Below, piece after piece: positions 1 through 8,525 of a stretch of DNA of 64,000 nt. Source of the DNA: an uncultured Chlamydiales bacterium. GTDB lineage: Bacteria > Chlamydiota > Chlamydiia > Chlamydiales > JAAKFR01. Position numbers and translations under genes: made by a program. The DNA is taken from assembly GCA_963699155.1 (NCBI GenBank), contig OY969414.1, positions 2,219,757-2,283,756 on the forward strand, given 5' to 3'. The notes below the pieces were generated by a model, which had not been told where the DNA came from, searched no databases, and saw only the letters and a list, made by a program, of their open reading frames with translations. Within the stretch, counting starts at the first letter, position 1. Every line of letters begins with the position of its first letter.

Positions 1-873
1 ATCGAGAAAGAGGATCAATCCACATGTGGAATTTTCCATCACCTGCGCTCCCCAACCCGCTTGAGCCCCTGCGTAGAAGCGTTCGCGACAGTGAAAGCCG
101 AGCGTCTCGAAGAGGCGGACCAGCTGGTTGAAATTTTTGCGGCTGCTGCGGAAGGTATGGTGATCATGGTTGGCCCATCCCATGCCGACACGGTCTTGGC
201 GCATCTTTTGGAGCTGTGCAGCGAGATTGCGGGATTGCCAGTAGCTCCGTTCCACTTCGAGAGTGGCCCACGCTGCAGCCTCTTTCCCAATGGTATTCAC
301 AATCTCCTCGATGAGGGTCAATGTATCGGGAAGGGAGCTTCTAGGGCGTGTTTGGAGCCGCTCGACTGCGAGTTGATAGCCTTCGCTTTCCTGATATACG
401 GGCTCCATCGAGCGCGTGCTGCGCCGCTCGACACAAAAAAGGGCAATCTCCCCCTCCTTGCTGATCAAAGAGCGTCGGTAGGGAGAGAGGTGCGACCCTT
501 CGATGACCCGCTCTAAACGATGGACCATCAAAAAATCGGCTATCTTTTCCACTTTGACAGAGATGCCAAGGGGATGTGAGCCCCTATTTTCTGTCAGCAA
601 AACGGAAGGGAGCTGCGCTCCAGTATGGCGAAAGAGGCGGTAGCTCGGCATAGCACTCTCTTGGATAAAGCCTGCTCTCTCAAGCTCCTGCTCGATCTGA
701 GAAGAGGTGGCGACAGTCAGATGGTCGATCCAATCGAAGAGGCGGCTACTGGCCTTTAGGTAGAGCTCCGCTTCGAGAGCCGCTATCTGCTGATTTTTTT
801 CTTTATAGTCGCTAAGAAGGCGATAGAGCCACTTTTCAGCCTCGGGCTGGCGCTGCCAATCAAATTCACTCAT
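1..873 (-). CDS. conserved hypothetical protein, 3' end runs off the window
   Basis: Not in the ORF track. Manual translation is open from ATG 873 to position 1 (MSEFDWQRQPEAEKWL...GMGWANHDHHTFRSSR...RERFYAGAQAGWGAQVME); ATGA overlap with the stop of the heptose kinase gene. Confidence 0.8.
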   Translation of the reverse strand, partial: MSEFDWQRQPEAEKWLYRLLSDYKEKNQQIAALEAELYLKASSRLFDWIDHLTVATSSQIEQELERAGFIQESAMPSYRLFRHTGAQLPSVLLTENRGSHPLGISVKVEKIADFLMVHRLERVIEGSHLSPYRRSLISKEGEIALFCVERRSTRSMEPVYQESEGYQLAVERLQTRPRSSLPDTLTLIEEIVNTIGKEAAAWATLEVERSYWQSRNLAAQLQKMRQDRVGMGWANHDHHTFRSSRKNFNQLVRLFETLGFHCRERFYAGAQAGWGAQVMENSTCGLILFLD

Positions 874-1826
874 GCCCCTCTCTTTAACAGACGGGAGCTC
901 AGATCTGCAAGAGAAATTCGGGCGCAACCGATACGTTCGATAGCGATGCCTGCGGCGACATTGGCAAGTGTAGCTGCATCAGCAAGTGAGAGCCGATTTG
1001 CCAGCGCTGCCGTGATGACAGCCAGAACGGTGTCACCAGCGCCTGTCACATCTTTGACCTCGTGCACCTGCGCAGAAAAATCTTGGCGGACACCTCCTTG
1101 GGTAAAGACAGTGATCCCCTCTTTTGATCGGGTGACCATCAAGGTCTCGATAGCGGTATCTCGCAAAATCCGCTTCGCGACCTCATCGAGGGTTGCCTCC
1201 CTGCCAAGACCGGCGGCGTGAATCGCCTCAGCCAAATTGGGCTTGATCAACGTCGCTCCATAATAGCGGACGAAGTCGATCCCCTTCGGATCGACGATCA
1301 CCGGAATCGAACGGAGTTTCGCCGCATGGATCACCTTCTTTAAGAGGCTTTGGGTCAACAGCCCTTTGGCATAGTCTGAAATTGCGATGATCTCCACCTC
1401 TTCGAGCAGTTTCGGGAGAGAGGCTGTGATTTCTTCTTCGAGCGTCTCGCTAATGGAGTGCGGCTCCTCATAGTCGATCCGCACGATCTGCTGTCCCGCC
1501 GCGATCATCCGGTTTTTGAGAGGGGTTTGGAAGCCTTTGTCACAGATGATGCCTCGTGCGTCCACATTTTCCTTGGCCATCTCTTCTAAAAAGGTACGTC
1601 CCCCGAAATCGTCGCCCACACGTCCTACGGCGACCACCTTCATTCCGAGTGAGACCAGATTGAGGATCGCATTGCCCGCTCCCCCAGGACGGCGCGTCTC
1701 TTGACTGACACGTAAAACGGGGACAGGAGCTTCGGGAGAGATCCTTTCGACATTGCCCATCGTGTATACATCGACCATCAGATCGCCGATGACGAGGACT
1801 TTTTTACTCTTTAAACGATCGATCAC
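870..1826 (-). CDS. rfaE1: D-glycero-beta-D-manno-heptose-7-phosphate kinase (RfaE domain I only)
   Basis: GDLMVD, RISPEAPVPV, GGAGN, DVTGAGDT motifs; no C-terminal adenylyltransferase domain; GTG start overlapping the upstream stop assumed. Confidence 0.93.
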   Translation of the reverse strand: MIDRLKSKKVLVIGDLMVDVYTMGNVERISPEAPVPVLRVSQETRRPGGAGNAILNLVSLGMKVVAVGRVGDDFGGRTFLEEMAKENVDARGIICDKGFQTPLKNRMIAAGQQIVRIDYEEPHSISETLEEEITASLPKLLEEVEIIAISDYAKGLLTQSLLKKVIHAAKLRSIPVIVDPKGIDFVRYYGATLIKPNLAEAIHAAGLGREATLDEVAKRILRDTAIETLMVTRSKEGITVFTQGGVRQDFSAQVHEVKDVTGAGDTVLAVITAALANRLSLADAATLANVAAGIAIERIGCARISLADLSSRLLKRGA

Positions 1827-2797
1827 CAATATTTCCCTGGCAACAAATAGTTCTGCACATAGTCTTTGACAGCCGCCTGTAGCGAATAGCGGGTCTTCAG
1901 CAAACTTTCTGAGCGCGCCATATCGGCGCAGGTGTAGTTCTGGTACTTCCCAATGAGGTCAGGAGGCATGTCGATATATTCGATCTCAACGGGTTTGCCC
2001 ACAGCAGCGATCACCGCTTGCGCCAGCGCTTTCCACGTCTCCTCTTTGCCGGAGCCGATATTGAAGAGTCCTCCCAGATCATTCTCGAGAAACTGGATCG
2101 TCATCTGAGCGGCATCTTTCACATAGATAAAGTCGCGGATCTGTCCGCCATCGCCATATTTTTCAGGCTCGGACGATTTAAACAACTTGATTTTGGCATG
2201 AGTCATGGCATCAGGGACCATCTTCACGATGGCAGAGCACATTCTTCCCTTGTGGTACTCATTGGGCCCAAAGACATTGAAGTATTTCAGGCCGACAACA
2301 CGATCAAGGACCCCCTGGTTTCTCAGCCAGAGATCGACGAGATGTTTCGAATAGCCATACATATTCAACGGAGCTAAGGAATCAAGATCAGCTCTGTCGG
2401 AAAAGCCCAAACTTCCATCACCATAAGTGGCTGCCGAGGAGGCGTAGATGAAGCGGTGGCCATGGTTCAGTGCATAGTCGGCCAATCGGATCGTATAGCG
2501 GTAGTTATTCTCTAGGAGGTAATTGGCATCACGCTCCACAGTGCTCGAACAGGCTCCAAGATGGATGAAAGCCTGAATCTCTCCTTCACGCCCCTCCAGC
2601 CAGTCAAACAGCTTCTCCTTCGGCAACAGATCGACAAACTGTTTGCCCACCAAATTTTTCCACTTCTCGGAGCTGCCCAGATTGTCGACGATGACAATCT
2701 GTGTCACACCACACTCATTGAGCGCGCGGACCACCCCGGAGCCGATAAAGCCGGCACCCCCGGTGACCACTACCATTCGATCGCTAAACTTTTTCAT
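1823..2797 (-). CDS. rfaD: ADP-L-glycero-D-manno-heptose-6-epimerase
   Basis: TGGAGFIGS, GACSST, YASSAATYG, PLNMYGYSK, EYHKGRM, YQNYTCAD motifs. Confidence 0.95.
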   Translation of the reverse strand: MKKFSDRMVVVTGGAGFIGSGVVRALNECGVTQIVIVDNLGSSEKWKNLVGKQFVDLLPKEKLFDWLEGREGEIQAFIHLGACSSTVERDANYLLENNYRYTIRLADYALNHGHRFIYASSAATYGDGSLGFSDRADLDSLAPLNMYGYSKHLVDLWLRNQGVLDRVVGLKYFNVFGPNEYHKGRMCSAIVKMVPDAMTHAKIKLFKSSEPEKYGDGGQIRDFIYVKDAAQMTIQFLENDLGGLFNIGSGKEETWKALAQAVIAAVGKPVEIEYIDMPPDLIGKYQNYTCADMARSESLLKTRYSLQAAVKDYVQNYLLPGKYW

Positions 2798-2845
2798 GAG
2801 TAAAACGATAACAGAAAGGGTAAAAAAAGTAACTGTTCAACAGTT

Positions 2846-2872
2846 CTCCGTGTGCTCTGTGCTCTCTGTGGT
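2846..2872. repeat. left arm of a 9-nt-periodic (CACAGAG) inverted-repeat element split by IS481
   Basis: ctccgtgtgctctgtgctctctgtggt is an imperfect reverse complement of accacagagctcacagagaccacagag at 4344-4370. Confidence 0.65.
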
Positions 2873-3024
2873 AAAATAAAAGGTTCAATCGGTCACATAG
2901 GTAACAAATGATTCACCCACATAGGTAAAACTTTTGGTTAATTATTCCACCTACCCAGGGGGGAAGTTTGAGGGGGCCTCCCCCTCATATCAATTTTAAA
3001 TAGCAAGCTTCAAAGTCCAACTAA

Positions 3025-3048
3025 GGCAGTGGGCTTTAGCCCACTGCC
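3025..3048. terminator. hairpin downstream of the IS481 transposase
   Basis: ggcagtgggct-tt-agcccactgcc, 11-bp perfect arms. Confidence 0.45.
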
Positions 3049-3068
3049 GAGGGCGGAAGTTATTCCCC

Positions 3069-4238
3069 CTAAGACCTTCTTTTTTTCATCTTTGGTTTCT
3101 TTAAGCCTTGCCTAAGGTCAAGTGTTCCTAGATAAATGGGTCCATAATAGACCTCTGTTACTTCTTCGGCATTTTTTTTCAGCCCTACATATTCACCAAT
3201 TAAGGCTTGCCCAATATAAAACTCTTTTTGGTTCAACCATATGCAACCACTTTGACATACTTTTCTCACCTTTGTTTTTTGTGTATCATATTCAGGTGAT
3301 CGCAATATCCCATCCCAAGCTTTAAGAGAAGGCTGATAACAACTAGCTGGGGTTTTCATATTCAATGCTTCGTGAGGTCTTTCAAAATTATACTCTTCAT
3401 GAAATTGATTGATCGATTGGAGCTGCAAAGCCAAAGTCATTTTAGGTGGGCTTGCCACTTCTTGTTGAAGGGTCAAATGAAATCGCTCATGCTGACCATT
3501 TTCTTCAGGATGTCCCGGTCTTATCCATTCTGGAATTACCCCAGCTTTTATCAAATTTACTGAAAGGCGTGTCAGCCTCCCTGCCCCTATACATCCAAAG
3601 GGTGGTCCATTATCCGATCGCAATCGATTGGGAAGGCCATATTCTCGAAATGCACTATCCAAAATTGGCCATACGTAGTCTACGGTATGCTTTCTGAGGT
3701 GCGTACAACGTATAAGATATCTTGAGAAGCAATCAGTGATCGTTAGTGGCTCACATTTATCCCCATCTGCTGTCAAAAACCATCCTTTCAAATCAACGGC
3801 CCACGTGTCATTACAGCTCTTTACATCTCCCAGTGGTGCTGTAGCTGGCATACGTCCTTTTATTCTCTTCTTGGTCACAAGATGGTAGTCTTTAAAGATC
3901 TCATACAACCTTGTTGCAGATGGCCACTCTTGATCTGGATATTTTTCTCTTAGCTTGACTAAGATCTTTTTAGGTCCCCACGTCAGATGCTGCCGTTTAT
4001 AATCAATTGCAAGATCAATTTGTGCATCTGAATAGAGTATACTAGGAGCATGACGAGCTCTAGACAGATCCTTAAGACCTTCCTCTCCCATTAACTGAAA
4101 TCGCAGATACCATTTGTATGCAGTCTTACGACTGATGTGATATTTTTTACAAAGCTTTGATACTGAATCTTCGCCTTTGATAAACTCCTGGATAAACAGT
4201 TGTCTTTGCTCTTCCACTTTACAACACCTCCACGCCAT
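3069..4238 (-). CDS. IS481-family transposase (HTH + rve integrase core)
   Basis: ISRKTAYKW HTH; DDE core WAVDLKG, RSDNGPPF, ENGQHERFH; YNFERPHEAL. Confidence 0.95.
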   Translation of the reverse strand: MAWRCCKVEEQRQLFIQEFIKGEDSVSKLCKKYHISRKTAYKWYLRFQLMGEEGLKDLSRARHAPSILYSDAQIDLAIDYKRQHLTWGPKKILVKLREKYPDQEWPSATRLYEIFKDYHLVTKKRIKGRMPATAPLGDVKSCNDTWAVDLKGWFLTADGDKCEPLTITDCFSRYLIRCTHLRKHTVDYVWPILDSAFREYGLPNRLRSDNGPPFGCIGAGRLTRLSVNLIKAGVIPEWIRPGHPEENGQHERFHLTLQQEVASPPKMTLALQLQSINQFHEEYNFERPHEALNMKTPASCYQPSLKAWDGILRSPEYDTQKTKVRKVCQSGCIWLNQKEFYIGQALIGEYVGLKKNAEEVTEVYYGPIYLGTLDLRQGLKKPKMKKRRS

Positions 4239-4343
4239 CAGAACCTCCTGAGCCAGGCATGATAGCGATTTTTTTTTAGAAAGTGTTACCTATGTGGGTG
4301 AATCAAAGTGTTACCCATGTGGGTGAATTGGACCAAAAAAAAC

Positions 4344-4370
4344 ACCACAGAGCTCACAGAGACCACAGAG
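4344..4370. repeat. right arm of the CACAGAG-periodic element
   Basis: accacagagctcacagagaccacagag just outside the IS481 end. Confidence 0.65.
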
Positions 4371-4464
4371 GGGTTATAGTAACTAAAAAAACAGAATTAG
4401 ACAAAAAAAGGAGCAAAGAGATAAATAGATTTTACCTGAAAAAAAATTTTACTATGAGGTGGAT

Positions 4465-4764
4465 ATGACAAGATCAATTGGACAGGGAACATCTGAACAT
4501 GTCGCTTTTGACCCCAAGACCCGCAGTTTTGGCCCCATGAAGGGGAGTGTCGCCAAAAAGGTCGACCAGATGAACGCTGTGAGTGCCCGTGTGAGCCATC
4601 TCTCTGTCCCGACGGACTATGCGAGCCCCACCTTCCTCTCCCGTCTCAAACCTGCCAAACTGGATGCCACCGCCTCCCCTATCCACGTCTCTACCCAGGG
4701 AGTCAAGCCCTCCGCCCGTTCCCAGCTCCTTAACTCTGTCCGTGCCGCCCAGCGCTCGATCTAA
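4465..4764 (+). CDS. small Ser/Ala-rich hypothetical protein, candidate secreted effector
   Basis: GAGGT RBS before ATG 4465; followed by a hairpin. Confidence 0.6.
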   Translation: MTRSIGQGTSEHVAFDPKTRSFGPMKGSVAKKVDQMNAVSARVSHLSVPTDYASPTFLSRLKPAKLDATASPIHVSTQGVKPSARSQLLNSVRAAQRSI

Positions 4765-4767
4765 CCC

Positions 4768-4792
4768 TAAGCCCGAGAACCCCTCGGGCTTA
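4768..4792 (+). terminator. putative intrinsic terminator
   Basis: taagcccgag-aaccc-ctcgggctta, 10-bp stem right after the stop; weak U-tract. Confidence 0.55.
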
Positions 4793-4864
4793 AAATAATA
4801 ATTACATATAATTACATTTCCATATTAAAATCAAATTAACTATATAAGTTAATTGGGTTTATTT

Positions 4865-6538
4865 ATGTCAGTTAGTTTTAATCAAAAACCGGATGACGCC
4901 TACAGAACCATGCAAAGCGCCCTCACAACAGAGGGCCATCGCTTAGTCTTCAACAAAACATCAAAAAAGTTTGAAAATGTCACCACAGATGACGCTAAAA
5001 AAAATAAAGACTTTGTCTCTGATCTTGTTGAACTCAAAAAACTTGTAGCCTCCTTTATTAGCCAGCAAGGTAGCATCAACCCTAACCAAAAACAGCAGTT
5101 AGAAGCTGCTTTTGAAAAAAGGGCGAGTACCCTTGCGGATCGGACAGTCTTAGTTGGTCGGGATAAAAGAGATGCCGCAGTTAACACGCTGAGGGGCTTT
5201 ACCGATGTCATTGAGACTGCCGACTACCTTGCCCGTTCAACTCTCGGCCAACGCTCCACAACCGAATCAGCCCCGCCTCCACCAAGAGCAGTTCCGCCGA
5301 CTCCTGATGAAACCTCCCCCTTGCTCAGGACAGCTCCTCCAGCAAGATTACAAGCAGCCCCTCCCCCACCCCCGCCTCCGGGTGTAGGTGGACCTCCACC
5401 TCCTCCTCCTCCAGGGGTGGGTGGTCCACCCCCACCTCCAGGTGCTGGCGGTCCTCCACCTCCTCCGCCCCCAGGTGGACTGGCACCCAAAAAGCTAAGA
5501 TTTGCCAATGAGCCAGAGGAACCCTCTTTTGACAGAAAAGCAGATCCAAACAAGCCAAAGGAAACCCTGAAAAAAGAAGTTGCAGCCATTCGCAAATATA
5601 TTGAAGATTCAAATAAAGCATTAGAGCCCATCGAAAGAGATCTCAAAAGTGATGACGAGCTCACCGCGCAGATTAAAGCGGCCACGGAAGATCAATATAA
5701 CCCCGGCAGAGTACTCTTTGAAGGGCTTCCCACAAACATTACCGAACTCACAGAATTATGGAACAGTAAGAGTGGTGGGAGATTAACAGCAGGTGATGGA
5801 AGCCTCCGCTTGATGACTGATGAGGAGTATGAGAAAGAGGTAGTTTACCGAAATAGTCTTCCTGGCCCCTTCAAAAAACTCTACGGTTCTTTCGCCCCTC
5901 TCACTGAGGCTAATAAAATGTCTTTTACCTTTCTAGTCGCCTATTCAGAATTTAAGAGCGCAGAGCAAGGGGTTAAAAAAAGGGGGGAAAAAACTTGGTC
6001 ATTAGTCGATAGCAATGGAAAACACATTATTCCTGTGAAAGCTGAAAAAAAAGGAACAACGACGATATTAAAACCTATTGAGATACCTGAGGATCAAAAA
6101 AAGTATTATGTATTGCTGGAACAAGCAAAAGGGCCGCTAAATCTTGTTAGGGAAAAAGTCGAACACGATGGGGATGTGACAGACGAAATTGAGATGGCAA
6201 AGAAGCAGAAAGATACATTATCTACCGCTAAAAGCGGAGAGATTCCCTTCAAGGATTACAAAACGAAGTTCGAGGCAAAAAAAGGGACTCTCAAACTTTG
6301 GCAGACAGCTTTAGTCAGGCGAGAAGAGATTTTATCTGGAAAAGCCACAACTAAGACGGAAGAATCCTCTCCAAGAGGTCAAAATACCGATTGGGTTGAA
6401 GGGGTTGAGGAAAAAAGGCCTGAGATTAAGGAACAGGCAGCTGAATGGAAAAAAATCGATGGTAAGACTCAACAAAACCTGATGATTGCACCTGCTGTGG
6501 AATTACGAAAGTTACTTATTAGCGGGGAAGTGAAGTAA
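4865..6538 (+). CDS. polyproline (formin FH1-like) protein, candidate T3SS effector
   Basis: Four P5-7-G-x-G-G-type tracts at ~5360-5480; charged, probably helical C-terminal half; AT-rich upstream region. Confidence 0.8.
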   Translation: MSVSFNQKPDDAYRTMQSALTTEGHRLVFNKTSKKFENVTTDDAKKNKDFVSDLVELKKLVASFISQQGSINPNQKQQLEAAFEKRASTLADRTVLVGRDKRDAAVNTLRGFTDVIETADYLARSTLGQRSTTESAPPPPRAVPPTPDETSPLLRTAPPARLQAAPPPPPPPGVGGPPPPPPPGVGGPPPPPGAGGPPPPPPPGGLAPKKLRFANEPEEPSFDRKADPNKPKETLKKEVAAIRKYIEDSNKALEPIERDLKSDDELTAQIKAATEDQYNPGRVLFEGLPTNITELTELWNSKSGGRLTAGDGSLRLMTDEEYEKEVVYRNSLPGPFKKLYGSFAPLTEANKMSFTFLVAYSEFKSAEQGVKKRGEKTWSLVDSNGKHIIPVKAEKKGTTTILKPIEIPEDQKKYYVLLEQAKGPLNLVREKVEHDGDVTDEIEMAKKQKDTLSTAKSGEIPFKDYKTKFEAKKGTLKLWQTALVRREEILSGKATTKTEESSPRGQNTDWVEGVEEKRPEIKEQAAEWKKIDGKTQQNLMIAPAVELRKLLISGEVK

Positions 6539-7364
6539 ACCACTCTTTGACTTTGCGGTTGATTGCAGAATGCGTTCCGGAGCCCATCGCGATTAGGGCA
6601 CTTCCAGAGCCTGTCATGAAGGCGTTTTCTTTGATCTTAATGGTCTGAAGTTCTGAGTAGAGTCGGAAGGCAGGCTTTTCCAAATCATTGATATATTTTG
6701 GATTTCCAGCGTAGAAGGAGGCGAGGAGCTGTTCGGGGTCTTCTGCGTAGCATTCTTCTAATTTGAGTTCTTTATAGATAGCGGGTGTGGAGAGGCCTAG
6801 GGCTGGTTTAATGAGCGAAAAGGGCATTAGGGGAAGTGGTGGGAGGTCGCGGACGATTTCGCCACGGCCGGTGCAGTAGGCGGTTCCGTGGGAGAAGAAG
6901 AAGGGGATGTCGGAGCCGATTTCGGAAGACCAGCTTTGGAGTTCGAGATCGGTGTAGGGGAAGTTGTGGAGGGCGTTGAGTGCCCAGAGGGTGGTGGCGG
7001 CGTTGCTGCTGCCCCCGCCGAGACCAGCTTGTGTGGGGATTTTTTTATCGAGATCGATCTGGATGGAGAAGCGGAGGCCGCTTTTGCGGCGGAAGAGGTC
7101 GACGGCTTTCAGGACAAGGTTAGAGCCATCGCAAGGCAGCGTGGGATCGGTGCAGGTGAGTTGGTCAGTGCTGCTGAAAGTAAAGGTGAGGGTGTCACCG
7201 AGATTGATGGTTTGGAAAAGCGACGCGAGCTCATGATAGCCATCAGGCCGTTTTCCGAGAATGCGGAGAAAGAGATTGATTTTGGCGGGAGAAAATAGGG
7301 TAATCGAGCGAGCGCCAGCGAGCTCCCTGGAGTGCGGCGTTCTACGCCGCCCTTCAATAGTCAT
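6519..7364 (-). CDS. ispE: 4-(cytidine 5'-diphospho)-2-C-methyl-D-erythritol kinase
   Basis: SPAKINLFL, GYHEL, AGLGGGSSNAA, GSDIPFF, MTGSGS; N-terminal extension encoded by a REP. Confidence 0.95.
   Translation of the reverse strand: MTIEGRRRTPHSRELAGARSITLFSPAKINLFLRILGKRPDGYHELASLFQTINLGDTLTFTFSSTDQLTCTDPTLPCDGSNLVLKAVDLFRRKSGLRFSIQIDLDKKIPTQAGLGGGSSNAATTLWALNALHNFPYTDLELQSWSSEIGSDIPFFFSHGTAYCTGRGEIVRDLPPLPLMPFSLIKPALGLSTPAIYKELKLEECYAEDPEQLLASFYAGNPKYINDLEKPAFRLYSELQTIKIKENAFMTGSGSALIAMGSGTHSAINRKVKEWFTSLPR
7306..7352 (+). repeat. REP copy 1 (GGAGTGCGGC type)
   Basis: gagcgagcgccagcgagctc-cctggagt-gcggcgttctacgccgc-cc. Confidence 0.85.
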
Positions 7365-7884
7365 CGAACACCTTCACTTTTGAATAGTCAAAGCTGTTGA
7401 CCGATTTGATGAAGCTCTTAGTGGCTTCATGTTCAAATTTCGCAGCTGAACACCAGGAATACTCAGTAGCTTTGGATACTAATCCATGTTTCACGGGATT
7501 TTGAAGCACATAGTTCATACGAGCTAAGTATGAGGTTTGGATGGTGATATGGCTATCCCAATACTGATACCAGACTTTTCGATTAGGGGTATTATCGCGA
7601 CAATTCACTTCATGAGCTGTTGTTTGGTGGAGTTGCGCAATCCAAATTTTTAAATTTGAGGGATCTTTTGGCGATTCCGCAATGAAATGATAATGGTTGG
7701 AGAAAATAGCCCACGCTTTGAGCTGCCAACCTGACTCTTTGGAAAGAGAGAGTAGACTATATTGAAGTAGGTCTAAGAGGTCCGGGGATTTGAAAAAATG
7801 AGCTTTTAAGTAGGTACCGGCGGTGACCATATAGGTCCCGCGCGAAGAGAATTGGTGCAGAGGTGCGTGCGGCCAATGATGCAT
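7354..7884 (-). CDS. REP-associated tyrosine transposase (RAYT, Y1 HUH)
   Basis: YMVTAGT, HUH motif FSNHYH, VWYQYWDSHI, NYVLQNPVKHGLV, YSWCS; flanked by inverted REPs. Confidence 0.92.
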   Translation of the reverse strand: MHHWPHAPLHQFSSRGTYMVTAGTYLKAHFFKSPDLLDLLQYSLLSLSKESGWQLKAWAIFSNHYHFIAESPKDPSNLKIWIAQLHQTTAHEVNCRDNTPNRKVWYQYWDSHITIQTSYLARMNYVLQNPVKHGLVSKATEYSWCSAAKFEHEATKSFIKSVNSFDYSKVKVFDDY

Positions 7885-7897
7885 AATTGCAATTGTA

Positions 7898-8003
7898 GGG
7901 CGGCGCAAAGCGCCGCACTCCAGGGAGCTCGCTAAAGCGAGCTCGATAGTCATGAAAGTGCGGCATGGTCTCCATGCCGCACTCCAGGGAGCGCTACGTG
8001 CTC
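7898..8003 (-). repeat. REP copies 2 and 3 (tandem, inverted relative to copy 1)
   Basis: gggcggcgcaaagcgccgcactccagggagctcgctaaagcgagctc and agtgcggcatggtctccatgccgcactccagggagcgctacgtgctc. Confidence 0.85.
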
Positions 8004-8515
8004 GGAGCAGCGGCTTCCTCTGCTGGAGGGGCTTCTGGAGCCGCTTTTTTCTGAGGAAGAATGCCCCCTTCAGATTGAACCTCGAGGGTGAAAGTGGCGG
8101 GAACGCCCTCTTTCAAGCGGAGGTTGATCGTATGGGTGCCGAGCGACTTGATCGCTTGGGGCAAGAGAACATTCTTGCGCTCGAGTGGGTAGCCTTTGCT
8201 TTGGAGCAGGCGTGCGATATCGAGCGTAGAGACAGACCCATACATCTTGCCTTCGGGATCGATCTTCACTTCGGTGGTGATCACCAAAGAGCGGATCGAA
8301 TTTGCTACCTCTTCCGCCTCTTTGCGGTCGACGGCAGCCCGTTTTTCCCGCTCCTCTTTGAGGCGGGCCTGCATTTTTAGGGTCTGCTTATCGGCAATGA
8401 CTGCCTTTTGCTGAGGAAGGAGGAAGTTGCGGATAAAGCCCGGCTTGGCGGTCACCACGTCACCGCTGCGTCCTAAACCGTCCACATCTTCCAAAAGAAG
8501 GAGTTGCTGTTTCAT
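7994..8515 (-). CDS. rplI: 50S ribosomal protein L9
   Basis: MKQQLLLLEDVDGLGRSGDVVTAKPGFIRNFLLP; GKMYGSV. Confidence 0.97.
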   Translation of the reverse strand: MKQQLLLLEDVDGLGRSGDVVTAKPGFIRNFLLPQQKAVIADKQTLKMQARLKEEREKRAAVDRKEAEEVANSIRSLVITTEVKIDPEGKMYGSVSTLDIARLLQSKGYPLERKNVLLPQAIKSLGTHTINLRLKEGVPATFTLEVQSEGGILPQKKAAPEAPPAEEAAAPST

Positions 8516-8525
8516 ATGAATATAC

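Larger units (their letters stand above)
2882..4334 (-). mobile_element. IS481-family insertion sequence (~1.45 kb)
   Basis: Imperfect ~50-bp terminal inverted repeats with duplicated ~25-bp sub-repeats (aaagtgttacc[t/c]atgtgggtgaat twice at 4280-4329; inverted counterpart at 2882-2932) enclosing a transposase. Confidence 0.9.

Noticed and set aside
4280..4329. 25-bp direct repeats as a mini-CRISPR or iterons
   Set aside because: They have inverted counterparts at 2882-2932 and are the IS481 terminal sub-repeats.
5224..5685. Gly-rich minus-strand ORF
   Set aside because: Antisense shadow of the polyproline tract.
7885..7953. N-terminal extension of RAYT
   Set aside because: It is read through REP copy 2, and an in-frame ATG exists at 7884, unlike the ispE case.
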